From Campylobacterales bacterium (lineage in GTDB: Bacteria > Campylobacterota > Campylobacteria > Campylobacterales > UBA6016): a stretch of DNA of 64,000 nucleotides. Below, piece after piece: positions 18,413 to 29,879 of the stretch; position 1 is the stretch's first letter; each line of letters begins with the position of its first letter. Both the position numbers and the translations under genes were made by a program. The notes below the pieces were generated by a model that was given only the letters and a program-made list of their open reading frames with translations, did no database searches and was not told where the DNA came from. The stretch lies in assembly GCA_041915365.1 (NCBI GenBank), contig JAYSBP010000009.1:4182-68181 (forward strand). The letters are read 5' to 3'.

Positions 18413-18958
18413 TCAAAATAAGGTTTGCAAGGCTTTTGGCTTGAAGCTCTCTCTGTGCACCTCGCTTAGTCCATGTATTCTTATCATCTCTATGTGTGTC
18501 GCAGTACCGTAGCCTTTATGGGAGGCAAAACCGTATTGCGGATATTGTTTGTCAAGTTCTAGCATCACCCTATCACGACTTACTTTAGCGATTATGCTCG
18601 CCGCCATGACCGCTGCCACTTGTGCATCTGCTTTTACCATTGTTTCCAATCCGTCAACCCCAAAGCGGCTATTGCCGTCAAACAAATATCTATCGGCGTT
18701 GATTTTGCTTTTTATTTCGATTAGCGAGCGCTTGATACACGACGATATGCCAAGTGTGTCAATATCCTTTGCCGAGTGCCATACTATATGATATATCGAG
18801 TTTGCCGTCACCTCATCAAACAGGCTCTCTCTTTTTTTCTCCGTTAGTTTTTTGGAGTCGTTAAGACCTTTTATTTCACCAGTTAATACACAGCCAGCAA
18901 AACAAAGCGGCCCAGCTAGCGGCCCTCTCCCTGCCTCGTCTATTCCACATAGTATCAT
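18413..18958 (-). CDS. rnhB: Ribonuclease HII
   Basis: It has CGIDEAGRGPLAGPL and the later DSKKL and HKGYG motifs. I chose ATG 18958, which lies 6 nt after the G-rich tract, over the TTG at 19000. Confidence 0.9.
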   Translation of the reverse strand: MILCGIDEAGRGPLAGPLCFAGCVLTGEIKGLNDSKKLTEKKRESLFDEVTANSIYHIVWHSAKDIDTLGISSCIKRSLIEIKSKINADRYLFDGNSRFGVDGLETMVKADAQVAAVMAASIIAKVSRDRVMLELDKQYPQYGFASHKGYGTATHIEMIRIHGLSEVHRESFKPKALQTLF

Positions 18959-18964
18959 CTTTAT

Positions 18965-18975
18965 CCCCCCCCCCC
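18965..18975 (-). repeat. Homopolymeric G11 tract (C11 on the plus strand)
   Basis: I counted 11 consecutive C residues. The tract lies between the ATPase stop codon (18976-18978) and the rnhB ATG (18958). Confidence 0.95.
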
Positions 18976-20076
18976 TTAAAAGCTGAGCGCCCATTGCCAA
19001 AAAGGGAGGCTTTGTATCCTAACGCCATCCACTATTTGTTCATCTTCTTTGTTTACCGTTACTATCTCAACATCTCTAATACCAAGCTCCCAGGCCTTTT
19101 TTGATAGTTTTGCCAGTTTTTTTTCATCATCCGTTATCGCAAATGCTTTTGTCACTATCGCTTTTTCAAGCTCAGGGACAAAAAACCCAGCCTCGTCGGT
19201 ATAGTACACCTCATAACCCCTGGCATTCAGCTCCAAAAAAACCATATTTTCAAAGACGGCCGGAAAATCTTTTTTGAAGTCTACTATTGTTTTTAGGGCA
19301 AAGTCGTATGAGTATATTTTTTTTGAACTATTTTTTTGGTGTAATTTTTCTACAAAAAATAGCACCCCCTCGTTTTGGAGCCTTGTCGTATATGAATAAA
19401 AAAAGTCTTTAGATATTTTTGTTTTTGATTTTACTAGAGAAAAAACTTGCAATAAAGAGAGTTTTGTAGCCGTTTTGCGCAAAAATTCGGCGATTATGCT
19501 CTCCTCGGTTGGCGTGGTTGCTATTTTTTTTACGGTGTCGTTTAGCCACCTTCTTTTTTCTAGTTCATTTGTCATGCCTAATCTAGGGCTTGAGCCGTCT
19601 TTTATAAATGAGGCAAATATATGCGGTATCCTATCCTCTTCAAATTCACTCTCTTTTTTGCCGTGGTATACCCTCTCATAAAAAGAGAGATATTCTTCAA
19701 AATCTAATCCTCCAAGGGCAATTTGCTCATAGCCATCCAGCTCAAGCGGTGTCTTCGAAATTAATATTATCTGCGTATTTGGTATGTCGTCGAATAGTTC
19801 ATTGGTTACGTTGTCTATAACTAGCATGGAGAGCTTTTTTTGCAAAACAAAAGCACGAAGCATGTCGAAATTAATGTTATCCAATCTGAAGTCTTTTAAA
19901 TCAAGATACAAAAAAGGCTCTCTTCTTTCAGTTGCGTGCAAAAGAGCTGTAGATGTTTTTCCACAGCAGGATACGCCATGCAGATTGATGTTTTTATTGT
20001 TTGGCAAAAAAACTTTTCTCTCAAAAAAAGATACTTTTTTTGGTGTTTCCAAAAGCAGTTGTTCAAAAATTTCCAA
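18976..20076 (-). CDS. Conserved P-loop ATP-binding protein (AAA-like, function unknown)
   Basis: It has a Walker A-like GVSCCGKTS and a Walker B-like LSMLVIDN. It is divergent from rpsJ, as is an ATP-binding protein in Helicobacter. Confidence 0.6.
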   Translation of the reverse strand: MEIFEQLLLETPKKVSFFERKVFLPNNKNINLHGVSCCGKTSTALLHATERREPFLYLDLKDFRLDNINFDMLRAFVLQKKLSMLVIDNVTNELFDDIPNTQIILISKTPLELDGYEQIALGGLDFEEYLSFYERVYHGKKESEFEEDRIPHIFASFIKDGSSPRLGMTNELEKRRWLNDTVKKIATTPTEESIIAEFLRKTATKLSLLQVFSLVKSKTKISKDFFYSYTTRLQNEGVLFFVEKLHQKNSSKKIYSYDFALKTIVDFKKDFPAVFENMVFLELNARGYEVYYTDEAGFFVPELEKAIVTKAFAITDDEKKLAKLSKKAWELGIRDVEIVTVNKEDEQIVDGVRIQSLPFWQWALSF

Positions 20077-20171
20077 ATTTTTTATACCTAATATTTTTCG
20101 GTTATCATAGCTTTTTTCCTTTTAAAAAGGATAAGTTTTTATGTAGAAATATGGAAGAAACCCGTTTTTAC

Positions 20172-20200
20172 TTGACTCTTTGTACTAATTATAGTAAAAT
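20172..20200 (+). promoter_or_regulatory. Sigma70-type promoter of the S10 operon
   Basis: TTGACT (20172-20177) is followed by a 17-nt spacer and then TAAAAT (20195-20200), about 58 nt upstream of the rpsJ ATG. Confidence 0.55.
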
Positions 20201-20258
20201 TGCGCTCTCAAAATTTAAGTTCACAAGACTTAAAAGTTCTTTATTAAGGTATACCGCA

Positions 20259-20570
20259 ATGGAAAAATTGAGACTCAAGCTTAGAGCTTATGACAATAGA
20301 GTTCTTGACAAATCTGTATCGGCGATAATCGATGCAGTAAAAAGAACTGGTTCGGAACTAATCGGACCAATCCCGCTTCCAACAAAAATCAGAAAATATA
20401 CTGTTCTTAGATCTCCGCACGTCAACAAAGACTCAAGAGAGCAATTCGAAATCAGAATTCATGCAAGACTTATAGACATTATAGCTGCTTCACCGGATAC
20501 GGTTGATGCTCTTATGAAACTTGACCTTGCTCCTGAAGTGGATGTCGAAGTAAGATCAATGGCTAACTAA
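20259..20570 (+). CDS. rpsJ: 30S ribosomal protein S10
   Basis: [19 protein letters not shown]...[14 protein letters not shown] matches S10. I chose the internal ATG over the long ORF that starts at 20001. Confidence 0.95.
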   Translation: MEKLRLKLRAYDNRVLDKSVSAIIDAVKRTGSELIGPIPLPTKIRKYTVLRSPHVNKDSREQFEIRIHARLIDIIAASPDTVDALMKLDLAPEVDVEVRSMAN

Positions 20571-20582
20571 GGAAAAGTGAAG

Positions 20583-21161
20583 ATGGAATTTTTGGTTGAA
20601 AAAATCGGCATGAGCAGAACGCTCGGCGAAGTATCGAACGCAGTAACTCTTCTAAAAGTGCTTCCTGCGAAAGTTGTAAAAGTTAACGCAGAAGGTAAAT
20701 CTCTTGTTGCTTACTCAAGAGGCAAAGCAATGAACAAAGCAATAGAGGGTCAGCAAAAAGCTTATGATCTATCTAAAGAGTTCAACAAGTTTGCATCTCT
20801 AGTGGTAGACAACAAAGAGGTAGGAGAGCAAGAGACTGCATCTCTAGAGGCAGCCGTAGAGCTAAAAGCTACTTTTAGAACTAAAGGTAGAGGTTTTACA
20901 GGCGTAATGAAAAGATGGAATTTTGCTGGTGGCCCTGGTGCACACGGTTCAAGATTTCACAGAAGAGTTGGTTCTATCGGTAACAGAGAATGGCCGGGTA
21001 GAGTTCAAAGAGGCAAGAAAATGCCAGGACAATACGGAAACGAAACAGTTACCGTTAAATGCGAAGTTCTTAGCTTCGATAAAAATGCCGGAGTATTGGT
21101 AGTAAAAGGAAGTGTTCCTGGCGCTAACGGCGGATTCGGGAAAGTGAAGGTCGTAAAATGA
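20583..21161 (+). CDS. rplC: 50S ribosomal protein L3
   Basis: [13 protein letters not shown]...[22 protein letters not shown] matches L3. The ATG is 6 nt inside the GTG-started ORF. Confidence 0.95.
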   Translation: MEFLVEKIGMSRTLGEVSNAVTLLKVLPAKVVKVNAEGKSLVAYSRGKAMNKAIEGQQKAYDLSKEFNKFASLVVDNKEVGEQETASLEAAVELKATFRTKGRGFTGVMKRWNFAGGPGAHGSRFHRRVGSIGNREWPGRVQRGKKMPGQYGNETVTVKCEVLSFDKNAGVLVVKGSVPGANGGFGKVKVVK

Positions 21162-21772
21162 GTTTTGCAATAACACTAGACAAAAATTGTAAAGAGAGCG
21201 GGAAACTACAACTTCCTGCAAGCTATGAAGGTATCAATCCGCATAACCTTTATTTGTATGTAAAAGCGTATCTTTCTAATCTTAGAACTGCAAACGCTCA
21301 TACAAAAACAAGAAGCGGCGTATCTGGCGGTGGTAAAAAACCATGGAGCCAAAAGGGCGGCGGTAGAGCTAGAGCTGGTTCTATCACATCTCCTGTATTT
21401 GTTGGTGGTGGTGTTGCGTGGGGTCCAAAAAACTACACAAACTACTTCCAAAAAATTAACGTAAAACAAAAAAGACTTGCTCTTAAATGTGCGCTTGCGC
21501 AACAAGCTGAAGCAGGCAAACTTTTCGTTGTTGATAGCCTTGCTGTTGAGAGCGGAAAAACAAAAGAGGCTGCAAACTTTCTAAAAGCCCTAGGCCAAAG
21601 AGACGCACTTCTTATCGCAAACAATTTTGACGAAAAGTCATACCTAGCGTATAGAAATATCCAAAACTGCTACCTAATAGACTTTACGGAAGTAAACGCA
21701 TATTTTGTAAGCACTTATAGATCGGTCGTAATCGAAAAAGACGCTTATGACAAAATCGTAAAAGAGGGCTAA
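21158..21772 (+). CDS. rplD: 50S ribosomal protein L4
   Basis: It has [20 protein letters not shown] and is in the expected operon position. Confidence 0.95.
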   Translation: MSFAITLDKNCKESGKLQLPASYEGINPHNLYLYVKAYLSNLRTANAHTKTRSGVSGGGKKPWSQKGGGRARAGSITSPVFVGGGVAWGPKNYTNYFQKINVKQKRLALKCALAQQAEAGKLFVVDSLAVESGKTKEAANFLKALGQRDALLIANNFDEKSYLAYRNIQNCYLIDFTEVNAYFVSTYRSVVIEKDAYDKIVKEG

Positions 21773-21773
21773 G

Positions 21774-22055
21774 ATGGCTGATATTACAGATATAAAAACA
21801 ATACTTTACACAGAAAAATCACTTGGTCTTCAGGAAGCTGGCGTTATCGTTGTGCAGACTTCACCAAGAATGACTAAAAACGGCCTAAAAAAAGTTTTCC
21901 AAGAGTACTTCGGTCTAGTTCCTGAAAAAGTGAACTCACTAAGAATGGAAGGTAAAACAAAAAGATTTAGAGGCGTGATAGGTCAAAGAGACTCTTTCAA
22001 GAAGTTTTATGTGAAGCTTCCTGAGGGCGCTAGAATAGAAAGCTTAGCGGTATAA
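21774..22055 (+). CDS. rplW: 50S ribosomal protein L23
   Basis: The 93-aa product contains ILYTEKS and lies between L4 and L2. Confidence 0.9.
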   Translation: MADITDIKTILYTEKSLGLQEAGVIVVQTSPRMTKNGLKKVFQEYFGLVPEKVNSLRMEGKTKRFRGVIGQRDSFKKFYVKLPEGARIESLAV

Positions 22056-22065
22056 GGATAAGAAG

Positions 22066-22905
22066 ATGGCAATAAAAACCTATAAACCATATACCCCTAG
22101 CCGAAGGACAATGTCAAACCTAGACAGCTCTGATATTACGGCAAAACCGAAAGTCAGAAGCCTTCTAGTTAAACTTCCGGCAAAAGCGGGTAGAAACAAC
22201 CAAGGTAGAATCACTTCTAGACATAAAGAAGCTGGTGCTAAAAAACTATATAGAATTATAGATTTCAAAAGAAATAAATTTGATATTCAAGGTGTGGTAG
22301 CCGCAATCGAGTACGACCCGTACAGAAATTGTAGAATTGCACTTGTCAACTATGTAGACGGCGACAAAAGATACATCATTCAGCCAAGCGGAATGAAAGT
22401 AGGCGATAAAGTTATGGCGGCTGAAGGCGGTCTTGACATCGTAGCCGGAAACGCAATGAAATTAAAAAACATCCCTGTGGGTACAGTTATTCACTGCATC
22501 GAGCTAAAACCTGGCAAAGGTGCTCAAATGGCAAGATCAGCTGGTAACTATGCTCAGCTAATGGGTAGAGAAGATAAATACACTATTCTTAGACTTCCAA
22601 GTTCTGAGGTTAGATATGTGTTGTCTGAGTGTATAGCTACTATCGGTGCGGTTGGAAACGAAGATTTCTCTAACGTAACAATAGGTAAAGCTGGACGTGC
22701 AAGACATATGGGTATTAGACCACAAACAAGAGGTTCTGCGATGAACCCTATCGATCACCCGCATGGTGGTGGTGAAGGTAAATCAAACGGACACAGACAT
22801 CCTGTGTCTCCGTGGGGTCAAAAATGTAAAGGTCTAAAAACTAGAAAACCTAACAAAAAATCAAACCAATACATTATCTCTAAAAGAAAAAAAGGTGTTA
22901 GATAA
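22066..22905 (+). CDS. rplB: 50S ribosomal protein L2
   Basis: It has [14 protein letters not shown] and a KPYTPSRR N-terminus. Confidence 0.97.
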   Translation: MAIKTYKPYTPSRRTMSNLDSSDITAKPKVRSLLVKLPAKAGRNNQGRITSRHKEAGAKKLYRIIDFKRNKFDIQGVVAAIEYDPYRNCRIALVNYVDGDKRYIIQPSGMKVGDKVMAAEGGLDIVAGNAMKLKNIPVGTVIHCIELKPGKGAQMARSAGNYAQLMGREDKYTILRLPSSEVRYVLSECIATIGAVGNEDFSNVTIGKAGRARHMGIRPQTRGSAMNPIDHPHGGGEGKSNGHRHPVSPWGQKCKGLKTRKPNKKSNQYIISKRKKGVR

Positions 22906-23186
22906 TGGCTAGATCAATTAAAAAAGGTCCTTTCATAGACGGTCACCTTCAAAAGAAGGTAACGAAAGCAAAGGCCGAAAATTCAAATAAACCAATCAAA
23001 ACTTGGTCAAGAAGAAGTATGGTATCTCCGGATATGATAGGTCTTACTTTCAACGTTCATAACGGTAGACAATTTGTACCTGTATATGTTACGGAAGCTC
23101 ACGTAGGTTACAAACTAGGCGAATTCGCACCTACAAGAACTTTCAAGGGTCACAAAGGCTCTGTTCAAAAGAAAATAGGTAAGTAA
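22905..23186 (+). CDS. rpsS: 30S ribosomal protein S19
   Basis: It has [10 protein letters not shown] and [20 protein letters not shown]. Confidence 0.97.
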   Translation: MARSIKKGPFIDGHLQKKVTKAKAENSNKPIKTWSRRSMVSPDMIGLTFNVHNGRQFVPVYVTEAHVGYKLGEFAPTRTFKGHKGSVQKKIGK

Positions 23187-23197
23187 GGAGGAATAGG

Positions 23198-23524
23198 ATG
23201 AGTAAAACAGCACTTAAATTTATCAGACTTTCCCCTACGAAAGCTAGACTTATTGCAAGAGAAGTTCAGGGTATGAATGCGGAAGCTGCAATTGCGGCTC
23301 TTGACTTCATGTCAAACAAAGGCGCTACATTTATCTCTAAAGCTATCGCTACTGCAGTTGCAAACGGTGGTTTTGAGGCTGATGAAGTTATCGTATCTTC
23401 ATGCAGAGTTGATGCCGGCCCGGTTCTAAAGAGATTTACTCCTAGAGCTAGAGGTAGAGCTACTCCTGTTAGAAAACCGACGTCTCATATATTCGTCGAA
23501 GTAACACAAGCGAAGGGTAAGTAA
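23198..23524 (+). CDS. rplV: 50S ribosomal protein L22
   Basis: [18 protein letters not shown] and [17 protein letters not shown] match L22. Confidence 0.95.
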   Translation: MSKTALKFIRLSPTKARLIAREVQGMNAEAAIAALDFMSNKGATFISKAIATAVANGGFEADEVIVSSCRVDAGPVLKRFTPRARGRATPVRKPTSHIFVEVTQAKGK

Positions 23525-23525
23525 T

Positions 23526-24239
23526 ATGGGTCAAAAAGTAAATCCTATCGGGCTTAGACTTGGCATTAACACTGGTTGGAGATCAAGATGGTTTCCTTCT
23601 GTAAAAGAGATGCCTACTAACATTGCCGAAGACTATAAAATAAGAAAATATCTAAAACAAAAACTTTACTTCTCTGGCGTATCTGATATTATCATCGAAA
23701 GAACAGCTAAAAAAGTAAAAGTTACAGTTGTATCTGCAAGACCTGGTATCATCATCGGTAAAAAAGGTTCTGAGATTGAAAAACTAAAAGTTGACATCTC
23801 TAAGATGACAAACAAAGAGGTTCTTATCAACATAAAAGAAGAGAAAAAACCTCAAATATCTGCTGTACTTTGCGCTGAAAACGTAGCTACTCAACTTGAA
23901 AAAAGGGTTGCCTTCAGAAGAGCGATGAAAAAAGTTATGCAGGCGGCTCTCAAATCGGGTGCTAAGGGTATCAAAGTAATGGTAGCCGGAAGACTTGGCG
24001 GCGCTGAGATGGCTAGAACTGAGTGGTATCTTGAAGGAAGAGTTCCTCTTCATACTATTAGAGCGAACATCGATTACGGTACTGCGGAAGCACATACTAC
24101 TTACGGCATCATCGGCGTAAAAGTATGGATATTCAAAGGTGAAGTTCTTTCAAAAGGTAGAGGTCAGGCGACAGAAGAGTCTACTGAGTCTGCGGAAGAT
24201 ACAAAACCTAGAAGAAGACCAGCAAGAAGAGGGCAATAA
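23526..24239 (+). CDS. rpsC: 30S ribosomal protein S3
   Basis: It starts [13 protein letters not shown], contains a KH domain and has a basic C-terminal tail. Confidence 0.97.
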   Translation: MGQKVNPIGLRLGINTGWRSRWFPSVKEMPTNIAEDYKIRKYLKQKLYFSGVSDIIIERTAKKVKVTVVSARPGIIIGKKGSEIEKLKVDISKMTNKEVLINIKEEKKPQISAVLCAENVATQLEKRVAFRRAMKKVMQAALKSGAKGIKVMVAGRLGGAEMARTEWYLEGRVPLHTIRANIDYGTAEAHTTYGIIGVKVWIFKGEVLSKGRGQATEESTESAEDTKPRRRPARRGQ

Positions 24240-24241
24240 TT

Positions 24242-24667
24242 ATGTTGATGCCAAAAAGAACTAAATACAGAAAACAAATGAAAGGCAGAAACAGAGGTAA
24301 AACTTATGTTGGCTGCAACCTTTCATTCGGAACTATCGGTCTAAAAGCGGTAGAAGCCGGAAGAATCAACTCTAGACAAATAGAAGCCGGAAGGATTGCT
24401 ATTACTAGAAACGTAAAAAGAACGGGTAAACTTTGGATAAGAGTATTCCCTGACAAACCTCTTACTGCAAAACCACTAGAAACTAGGATGGGTAAAGGTA
24501 AAGGTAGCGTGGAAGAGTGGGTTATGAATATCCAACCGGGAAGAATCATTTATGAGATGACCGGTGTTGAAGAGGGTCTTGCAAAAGAATCTCTAACAAG
24601 AGCTATGCACAAACTCCCTTTCAAGACGAAAATCGTGACAATAGAGAGTGAAAATGAAATATACTGA
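24242..24667 (+). CDS. rplP: 50S ribosomal protein L16
   Basis: It has [16 protein letters not shown] and RMGKGKG. Confidence 0.97.
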   Translation: MLMPKRTKYRKQMKGRNRGKTYVGCNLSFGTIGLKAVEAGRINSRQIEAGRIAITRNVKRTGKLWIRVFPDKPLTAKPLETRMGKGKGSVEEWVMNIQPGRIIYEMTGVEEGLAKESLTRAMHKLPFKTKIVTIESENEIY

Positions 24668-24845
24668 TATAAGCTCAAAATCGCTTGAAGAGCTAAAAGC
24701 GCTTTTGAAAGAGAAAAAAGTTTATCTGTTTGAGCTCAAAATGAAACTAAAAACTATGCAACTAACTAATCCAAATGAGATTAGAGCGGCAAAAAAAGAC
24801 ATCGCTAAGATTCAGACTGCGATGAATGCGCAAGCTGCAGAGTAA
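24654..24845 (+). CDS. rpmC: 50S ribosomal protein L29
   Basis: [22 protein letters not shown]...[10 protein letters not shown] matches L29. I preferred the ATG over the upstream GTG at 24648. Confidence 0.9.
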   Translation: MKYTDISSKSLEELKALLKEKKVYLFELKMKLKTMQLTNPNEIRAAKKDIAKIQTAMNAQAAE

Positions 24846-24855
24846 GGAATAAGTT

Positions 24856-25113
24856 ATGAACAGCCATAAAAGAGAAATTCAAGGTACGGTAGTTAAGCAG
24901 TCTGGGGATAAAACTTATTCTATTCTTGTTGAGAGAAGAATGATGCACCCTAGATACCACAAATTCGTGAAAAGACACAAAAAATATCTTATTCACGATG
25001 AAAACAATAGCCTAAAAGTAGGTGATTTTGTATCTGCTCTTGAGTGCAGACCGCTTTCTAAGACAAAATCATTCAGACTTAACGCAGTTCTAAAAGCAGG
25101 AGCTGAAATATGA
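24856..25113 (+). CDS. rpsQ: 30S ribosomal protein S17
   Basis: It has [16 protein letters not shown]...[16 protein letters not shown]. Confidence 0.95.
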   Translation: MNSHKREIQGTVVKQSGDKTYSILVERRMMHPRYHKFVKRHKKYLIHDENNSLKVGDFVSALECRPLSKTKSFRLNAVLKAGAEI

Positions 25114-25478
25114 TCCAAAGTTTTACAAGAATGAATGTCGCTGATAACAGCGGCGCAAAAGAACTTATGTGTATCAAAGTTTTGGGCGGCTCAAAAAGAA
25201 GATATGCGACTGTCGGCGACGTCATCGTAGCTTCTGTTAAAAAAGCTATCCCTAACGGTAAAGTAAAAAAAGGTCAAGTTGTTAAATGTGTTGTTGTTAG
25301 AACTAAAAAGGAGCTTCAAAGAGAAAATGGAAGCCTTATTAGATTTGACGATAACGCAGCTGTTATTCTTGACAACAAAAGAGAGCCTGTAGGTACGAGG
25401 ATTTTTGGACCGGTAGGCAGAGAAATCAGATATGCGAACTTTATGAAAATAGTTTCGCTTGCGCCGGAGGTTCTATAA
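25110..25478 (+). CDS. rplN: 50S ribosomal protein L14
   Basis: It has [17 protein letters not shown] and IRFDDNA. Confidence 0.97.
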   Translation: MIQSFTRMNVADNSGAKELMCIKVLGGSKRRYATVGDVIVASVKKAIPNGKVKKGQVVKCVVVRTKKELQRENGSLIRFDDNAAVILDNKREPVGTRIFGPVGREIRYANFMKIVSLAPEVL

Positions 25479-25711
25479 TGACTAAGCTAAAAATCAAAAA
25501 AGGCGACTTGGTAGAAATCATCGCCGGTGATGACAAAGGCAAAAAAGCTAAAGTTCTAGCGGTATATCCAAAAACTTCACAAGTTGTTGTAGAGGGTTGC
25601 AAACTAGCTAAAAAAGCTGTTAAGCCAAGCGAACAAAATCAAAGCGGCGGTTTTCAAAACGTTGAAATGCCGATTCACGTATCTAACGTTCGTATAGCAG
25701 AAGGAGCGTAA
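25478..25711 (+). CDS. rplX: 50S ribosomal protein L24
   Basis: It has a KOW motif ([22 protein letters not shown]). Confidence 0.95.
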   Translation: MTKLKIKKGDLVEIIAGDDKGKKAKVLAVYPKTSQVVVEGCKLAKKAVKPSEQNQSGGFQNVEMPIHVSNVRIAEGA

Positions 25712-25714
25712 TAG

Positions 25715-26269
25715 ATGGCAACACTAAAAGATTATTATCTAAAAAACGTAAAAGAAAAGCTTGTTAGCGAATTTGAAATAAGCAATGCGATGCTTACCCC
25801 AAAACTTCAGAAGATTACTATATCTGTAGGTTGTGGTGAAGGCTCAAAAGACGCTAAGCTTCTTCAAAATATAGCTGATACTGTTTCTGCTATATCTGGA
25901 CAAAAAGCGGTTATTACCGTTGCTAAAAAATCTGTCTCTGGTTTCAAACTTAGAGAGGGTATGAACGTAGGTGTTAAGGTAACTCTTAGAGGGGCAAATA
26001 TGTATGACTTCCTTGAGAAGCTTATATCTCTTTCGCTTCCTAAAGTTAAAGACTTCAAAGGTCTTTCAAGAACTGGTTTTGACGGTAGAGGAAACTACAG
26101 CTTCGGTCTTTCCGAGCAGCTTATATTCCCTGAAGTCAAATACGACAATATCGTAAAAATTCACGGAATGAACATTAGCATCTCTACAAGCACGGATAGC
26201 GATAAAATGGCTTTCAGACTTCTAGAGCTTATGGGAATTCCATTCGCAAAAGGAAGAGCAAATGGCTAA
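25715..26269 (+). CDS. rplE: 50S ribosomal protein L5
   Basis: It has [19 protein letters not shown] and is in the expected operon position. Confidence 0.95.
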   Translation: MATLKDYYLKNVKEKLVSEFEISNAMLTPKLQKITISVGCGEGSKDAKLLQNIADTVSAISGQKAVITVAKKSVSGFKLREGMNVGVKVTLRGANMYDFLEKLISLSLPKVKDFKGLSRTGFDGRGNYSFGLSEQLIFPEVKYDNIVKIHGMNISISTSTDSDKMAFRLLELMGIPFAKGRANG

Positions 26270-26447
26270 GAAGTCAATGATTGCAAAATGCGCTAGAGAG
26301 CCTAAATACAAAGTTAGAGCATACACAAGATGTTCTATTTGCGGCAGACCACACTCGGTTTACAGAGACTTCGGTATCTGCAGAGTATGTCTAAGAAAAA
26401 TGGGTAACGAGGGTCTAATCCCTGGCCTTAAAAAATCAAGCTGGTAG
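26262..26447 (+). CDS. rpsN: 30S ribosomal protein S14, zinc-binding type Z
   Basis: The 61-aa product has [20 protein letters not shown], a CxxC...CxxC arrangement. Confidence 0.95.
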   Translation: MAKKSMIAKCAREPKYKVRAYTRCSICGRPHSVYRDFGICRVCLRKMGNEGLIPGLKKSSW

Positions 26448-26457
26448 GAGGTAAAAC

Positions 26458-26850
26458 ATGAATGACGTTATAGCTGACACGCTGACAAGAATCAGAAATG
26501 CCTCTATGAGAAGAATAGAAGTAACGCACGTAATGTACTCTAAAATCGTAGAGTCAGTTCTAAAAATTTTCCAAGAAAAAGGTTACATCGAAAGCTACAA
26601 AGTAGTTGAAGAGGGAACTAAGAAAAAAATCAATGTCGTCCTAAAATATAACCAAGGCGGCAAACCGGTAATCAATGAAGTTAAAAGAATTTCTAAACCG
26701 GGAAGAAGGATCTATAAGCCTTGCGCTGAGATCAAAAAATTCAAAAATGGCTACGGAACAATCGTCGTATCTACGTCAAAAGGCGTTTTGGATAACGACA
26801 GCGCTCACAAAATGGGTGTTGGCGGCGAAGTTCTTTGCAGCATTTGGTGA
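26458..26850 (+). CDS. rpsH: 30S ribosomal protein S8
   Basis: It has [13 protein letters not shown] and GGEVLCSIW. Confidence 0.95.
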   Translation: MNDVIADTLTRIRNASMRRIEVTHVMYSKIVESVLKIFQEKGYIESYKVVEEGTKKKINVVLKYNQGGKPVINEVKRISKPGRRIYKPCAEIKKFKNGYGTIVVSTSKGVLDNDSAHKMGVGGEVLCSIW

Positions 26851-26858
26851 GGTGATAT

Positions 26859-27395
26859 ATGTCAAGAGTTGGTAAAGAACCTATCGTACTTCCTAAGGGT
26901 ATCGAAGCTAGCGTGTCAAACGGTGTAATTACCGTAAAAAGCGCTAAAGATACAAAAACGCTAGACACTATGGATAGAGTAAACATAGAAGTAGTAGACG
27001 GCAAAATAGTATTCACGCTAAAAGGTGAAACAAAACAAGATAGAGCGTTTTGGGGAACATACAGAGCGCTTACAAACAATATCGTTGTAGGCCTTGATAA
27101 AGGTTTTGAGAAGAAACTTGAAATCAATGGTGTTGGTTATAGAGCTGCCGTTAACGGCACTAAACTTGAGATGGCTCTTGGTTACTCTCATCCTGTAATA
27201 TTCGATATTCCAAAAGGGATAGAGATGGCTGTTGATAAAAACGTTATCAGCATCAAGGGTGCGGATAGACAACAAGTAGGTCAAGTTGCAGCAGTTATCA
27301 GAGAGTTTAGACCACCAGAGCCTTACAAAGGTAAGGGTGTTAAATACGTAGATGAAACGATCCGCAGAAAAGCGGGCAAGACATCTAAGAAATAA
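26859..27395 (+). CDS. rplF: 50S ribosomal protein L6
   Basis: It has [13 protein letters not shown] and [11 protein letters not shown]. Confidence 0.95.
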   Translation: MSRVGKEPIVLPKGIEASVSNGVITVKSAKDTKTLDTMDRVNIEVVDGKIVFTLKGETKQDRAFWGTYRALTNNIVVGLDKGFEKKLEINGVGYRAAVNGTKLEMALGYSHPVIFDIPKGIEMAVDKNVISIKGADRQQVGQVAAVIREFRPPEPYKGKGVKYVDETIRRKAGKTSKK

Positions 27396-27404
27396 GGGTT
27401 GTCT

Positions 27405-27758
27405 ATGAGCAAAGCATTAAAACTCAAAACAAGAAGAAGAGAGAAGGCGAAACTAAGAATTAGAGCTACGCTTTCTGGTACGGAGCTTAGACCAAGAGTA
27501 ACCGTATTTAAATCTAACAAATATTTTTACGCACAAGCTATTGACGATGTAAAAGGCGTTACACTAGCTTATGCTGACGGTTCAAAACTTGGCGTTAAGC
27601 CAAATAGAGAAGGCGTTAAAGTTGTTGCTAAAACACTTGCAGACGCTTTAAAGGCCGCTAAAAAAGATAATATAGTATTTGATAGAAACGGCTACCTTTA
27701 CCATGGCGTTATAGCGGCTTTCGCTGATGCGCTAAGAGAAAACGGAATTAGTTTTTAA
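27405..27758 (+). CDS. rplR: 50S ribosomal protein L18
   Basis: It has [19 protein letters not shown] and [19 protein letters not shown] preferred the ATG over the TTG at 27399. Confidence 0.95.
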   Translation: MSKALKLKTRRREKAKLRIRATLSGTELRPRVTVFKSNKYFYAQAIDDVKGVTLAYADGSKLGVKPNREGVKVVAKTLADALKAAKKDNIVFDRNGYLYHGVIAAFADALRENGISF

Positions 27759-27764
27759 GGGTTT

Positions 27765-28208
27765 ATGATGGAAATTAATAGAGAAGAATTTGAAGAAGTC
27801 GTCGTAAACATCGGCAGGGTAACAAAAGTTGTAAAGGGCGGTAGAAGATTTAGATTTAACGCCCTAATGGTAGTGGGTAACAAACAAGGGACTGTTGGAT
27901 ACGGATTCGGTAAAGCTAAAGAGGTGCCGGATGCTATTAAAAAAGCTGTTGAAGATGCGTTTAAAAACCTTGTAACTATCGACCTAAAAGGTACTACGAT
28001 AGCTCACGACATCGAAGTAAAATACAATGCAAGTAAGATTATCCTAAAGCCTGCAAAAGAAGGTACTGGTGTTAAAGCCGGTGGTGCAGCTAGACCTGTT
28101 CTAGAGCTTGCAGGAATTAGAGATATTCTATCTAAGCAACTTGGTTCTACTAATCCGTCAAACGTGGTTAGAGCTACTATCAAGGCGCTTACTGCTGTAA
28201 AGGAATAA
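27765..28208 (+). CDS. rpsE: 30S ribosomal protein S5
   Basis: It has [41 protein letters not shown]. Confidence 0.95.
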   Translation: MMEINREEFEEVVVNIGRVTKVVKGGRRFRFNALMVVGNKQGTVGYGFGKAKEVPDAIKKAVEDAFKNLVTIDLKGTTIAHDIEVKYNASKIILKPAKEGTGVKAGGAARPVLELAGIRDILSKQLGSTNPSNVVRATIKALTAVKE

Positions 28209-28211
28209 AAA

Positions 28212-28619
28212 ATGGCACTTGAAAATTTAACCCCTGCGGTTGGCAGTACTCATAGAACAAAGAGAGTAGGTCGTGGTCAAGGTAGCGGTATGGGCAAGAC
28301 TGCCACAAGAGGTGGCAAAGGTCAAACTGCGAGAAGTGGCTATACTGCAAAAAGAGGTTTTGAGGGTGGTCAGCAACCACTTCAAAGAAGACTTCCTAAA
28401 ATAGGCTTTAACAGCAAAGTTGTTAAGCCATATATAATTAACGTAGATAGAGTAGAAGCTGTAGCGGCTCTTGCTGAAATCACAATGGATAGCATCAAAG
28501 GCGTTATGAGACTGCCTAACTACGTAGTAAAAGTTAAGCTGATTGGCACAAAAGCCAAAGAACTTGCTTCAAAAATAAAAGATGAGGCAGTACTAAGCAG
28601 CGGCAAAGTCAATGGATAA
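28212..28619 (+). CDS. rplO: 50S ribosomal protein L15
   Basis: It has [21 protein letters not shown]. It follows rpsE directly, so no rpmD lies between them. Confidence 0.95.
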   Translation: MALENLTPAVGSTHRTKRVGRGQGSGMGKTATRGGKGQTARSGYTAKRGFEGGQQPLQRRLPKIGFNSKVVKPYIINVDRVEAVAALAEITMDSIKGVMRLPNYVVKVKLIGTKAKELASKIKDEAVLSSGKVNG

Positions 28620-29874
28620 AAGTTTAGTAAATAAAATTTTTATTACGCTTGGTTTTTTGCTGGCATATAGGATTTTAGCCTATGTGCCCGTGCCAGGTGT
28701 TAATATAGATGTCGTCAAAGAATTTTTTGATGCAAACTCGGCGAATGCCCTTGGTCTTTTCAATATGTTTAGCGGTAACGCACTTGAAAGACTAAGCATT
28801 ATCTCTCTCGGTATTATGCCTTACATCACCGCTTCAATTATCATGGAACTTCTTGCGGCAACCTTTCCAGAGCTCGGTAAAATGAAAAAAGAGCGCGATG
28901 GAATGGTTAAGTATATGCAGATAATCAGATATGCAACCATAGCTATCACACTTGTGCAAGCAGTTGGTGTATCTTTTGGCCTTCAAAGTCTAACAGGCAG
29001 GGCCGGCGAAAGTGCTATATCGATTGACCACTCTTTGTTTGTGGCTATCTCTGCTATATCAATGCTTGCCGGAACCATGATGCTTATGTGGATAGGTGAG
29101 CAGATAACCCAAAGAGGTATCGGCAACGGCATAAGTCTAATAATCTTTGCAGGTATAGTTTCTGCAATACCTAAGGCTATTGGGCACACAGTATCGCTTG
29201 TAAATACAGGCGAAATGCACTTTTTGACTTTGGTTGCGATAGTAGTTCTTATTGTGGCTACTGTTGGCGCCGTCATTTATGTGGAGCTTGCAGAGAGAAG
29301 AATCCCGGTTTCTTATCAAAGAAAAACTCTTATGGCAAACCAACACAAGAGGATAATGAACTACATCCCTATCAAGCTTAACCTAAGCGGTGTTATCCCC
29401 CCGATATTTGCATCCGCTATTTTGATGTTTCCGTCTACTGTTATGCAGGCGAGCTCAAATCCATGGGTTATAGCTGTAAGAGATTTCATACATCCTCAAG
29501 GCTATGCGTTTAATGCTCTTACGTTCTTGTTTGTTGTATTTTTCGCCTATTTTTATGCGTCAATCGCATTTAATTCAAAAGATATTTCTGAAAATCTAAA
29601 GAGACAAGGTGGCTTTATCCCCGGCGTAAGACCCGGTGAGCATTCCGCTGAGTTTCTAAATGAGATAGCAAGTAGGCTTACTTTGTTTGGTGCGCTATAC
29701 CTTGGCGTTATTACTACGCTACCGTTTTTACTTGTCAAGATGATGGGTGTGCCATTTTATTTCGGCGGAACGGCTGTTTTGATTGTTGTTCAAGTTGCCC
29801 TTGATACGATGAGAAAAATAGAGGCACAGGTTTATACCGGAAAATATCAAACTCTAAGCGCCGTCGGACTCTAA
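28612..29874 (+). CDS. secY: Preprotein translocase subunit SecY
   Basis: The 420-aa product has 10 transmembrane-like hydrophobic segments, with IPVPGVN and [11 protein letters not shown] motifs. Confidence 0.95.
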   Translation: MDKSLVNKIFITLGFLLAYRILAYVPVPGVNIDVVKEFFDANSANALGLFNMFSGNALERLSIISLGIMPYITASIIMELLAATFPELGKMKKERDGMVKYMQIIRYATIAITLVQAVGVSFGLQSLTGRAGESAISIDHSLFVAISAISMLAGTMMLMWIGEQITQRGIGNGISLIIFAGIVSAIPKAIGHTVSLVNTGEMHFLTLVAIVVLIVATVGAVIYVELAERRIPVSYQRKTLMANQHKRIMNYIPIKLNLSGVIPPIFASAILMFPSTVMQASSNPWVIAVRDFIHPQGYAFNALTFLFVVFFAYFYASIAFNSKDISENLKRQGGFIPGVRPGEHSAEFLNEIASRLTLFGALYLGVITTLPFLLVKMMGVPFYFGGTAVLIVVQVALDTMRKIEAQVYTGKYQTLSAVGL

Positions 29875-29879
29875 TTTTT

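Noticed and set aside
18959-19000. An rnhB extension reading through the G11 tract (TTG 19000 or ATG 18994).
   Set aside because: There is no Shine-Dalgarno sequence upstream, where the sequence is CCTCCC on the coding strand, and the extension lies inside the ATPase gene. ATG 18958 has the G-rich Shine-Dalgarno sequence. I kept it as an alternative in the poly-G finding.
20001-20258. An 86-codon N-terminal extension of the rpsJ ORF.
   Set aside because: The extension overlaps the divergent ATPase gene and the consensus promoter at 20172-20200. The S10 homology starts at MEKLRLKL (ATG 20259).
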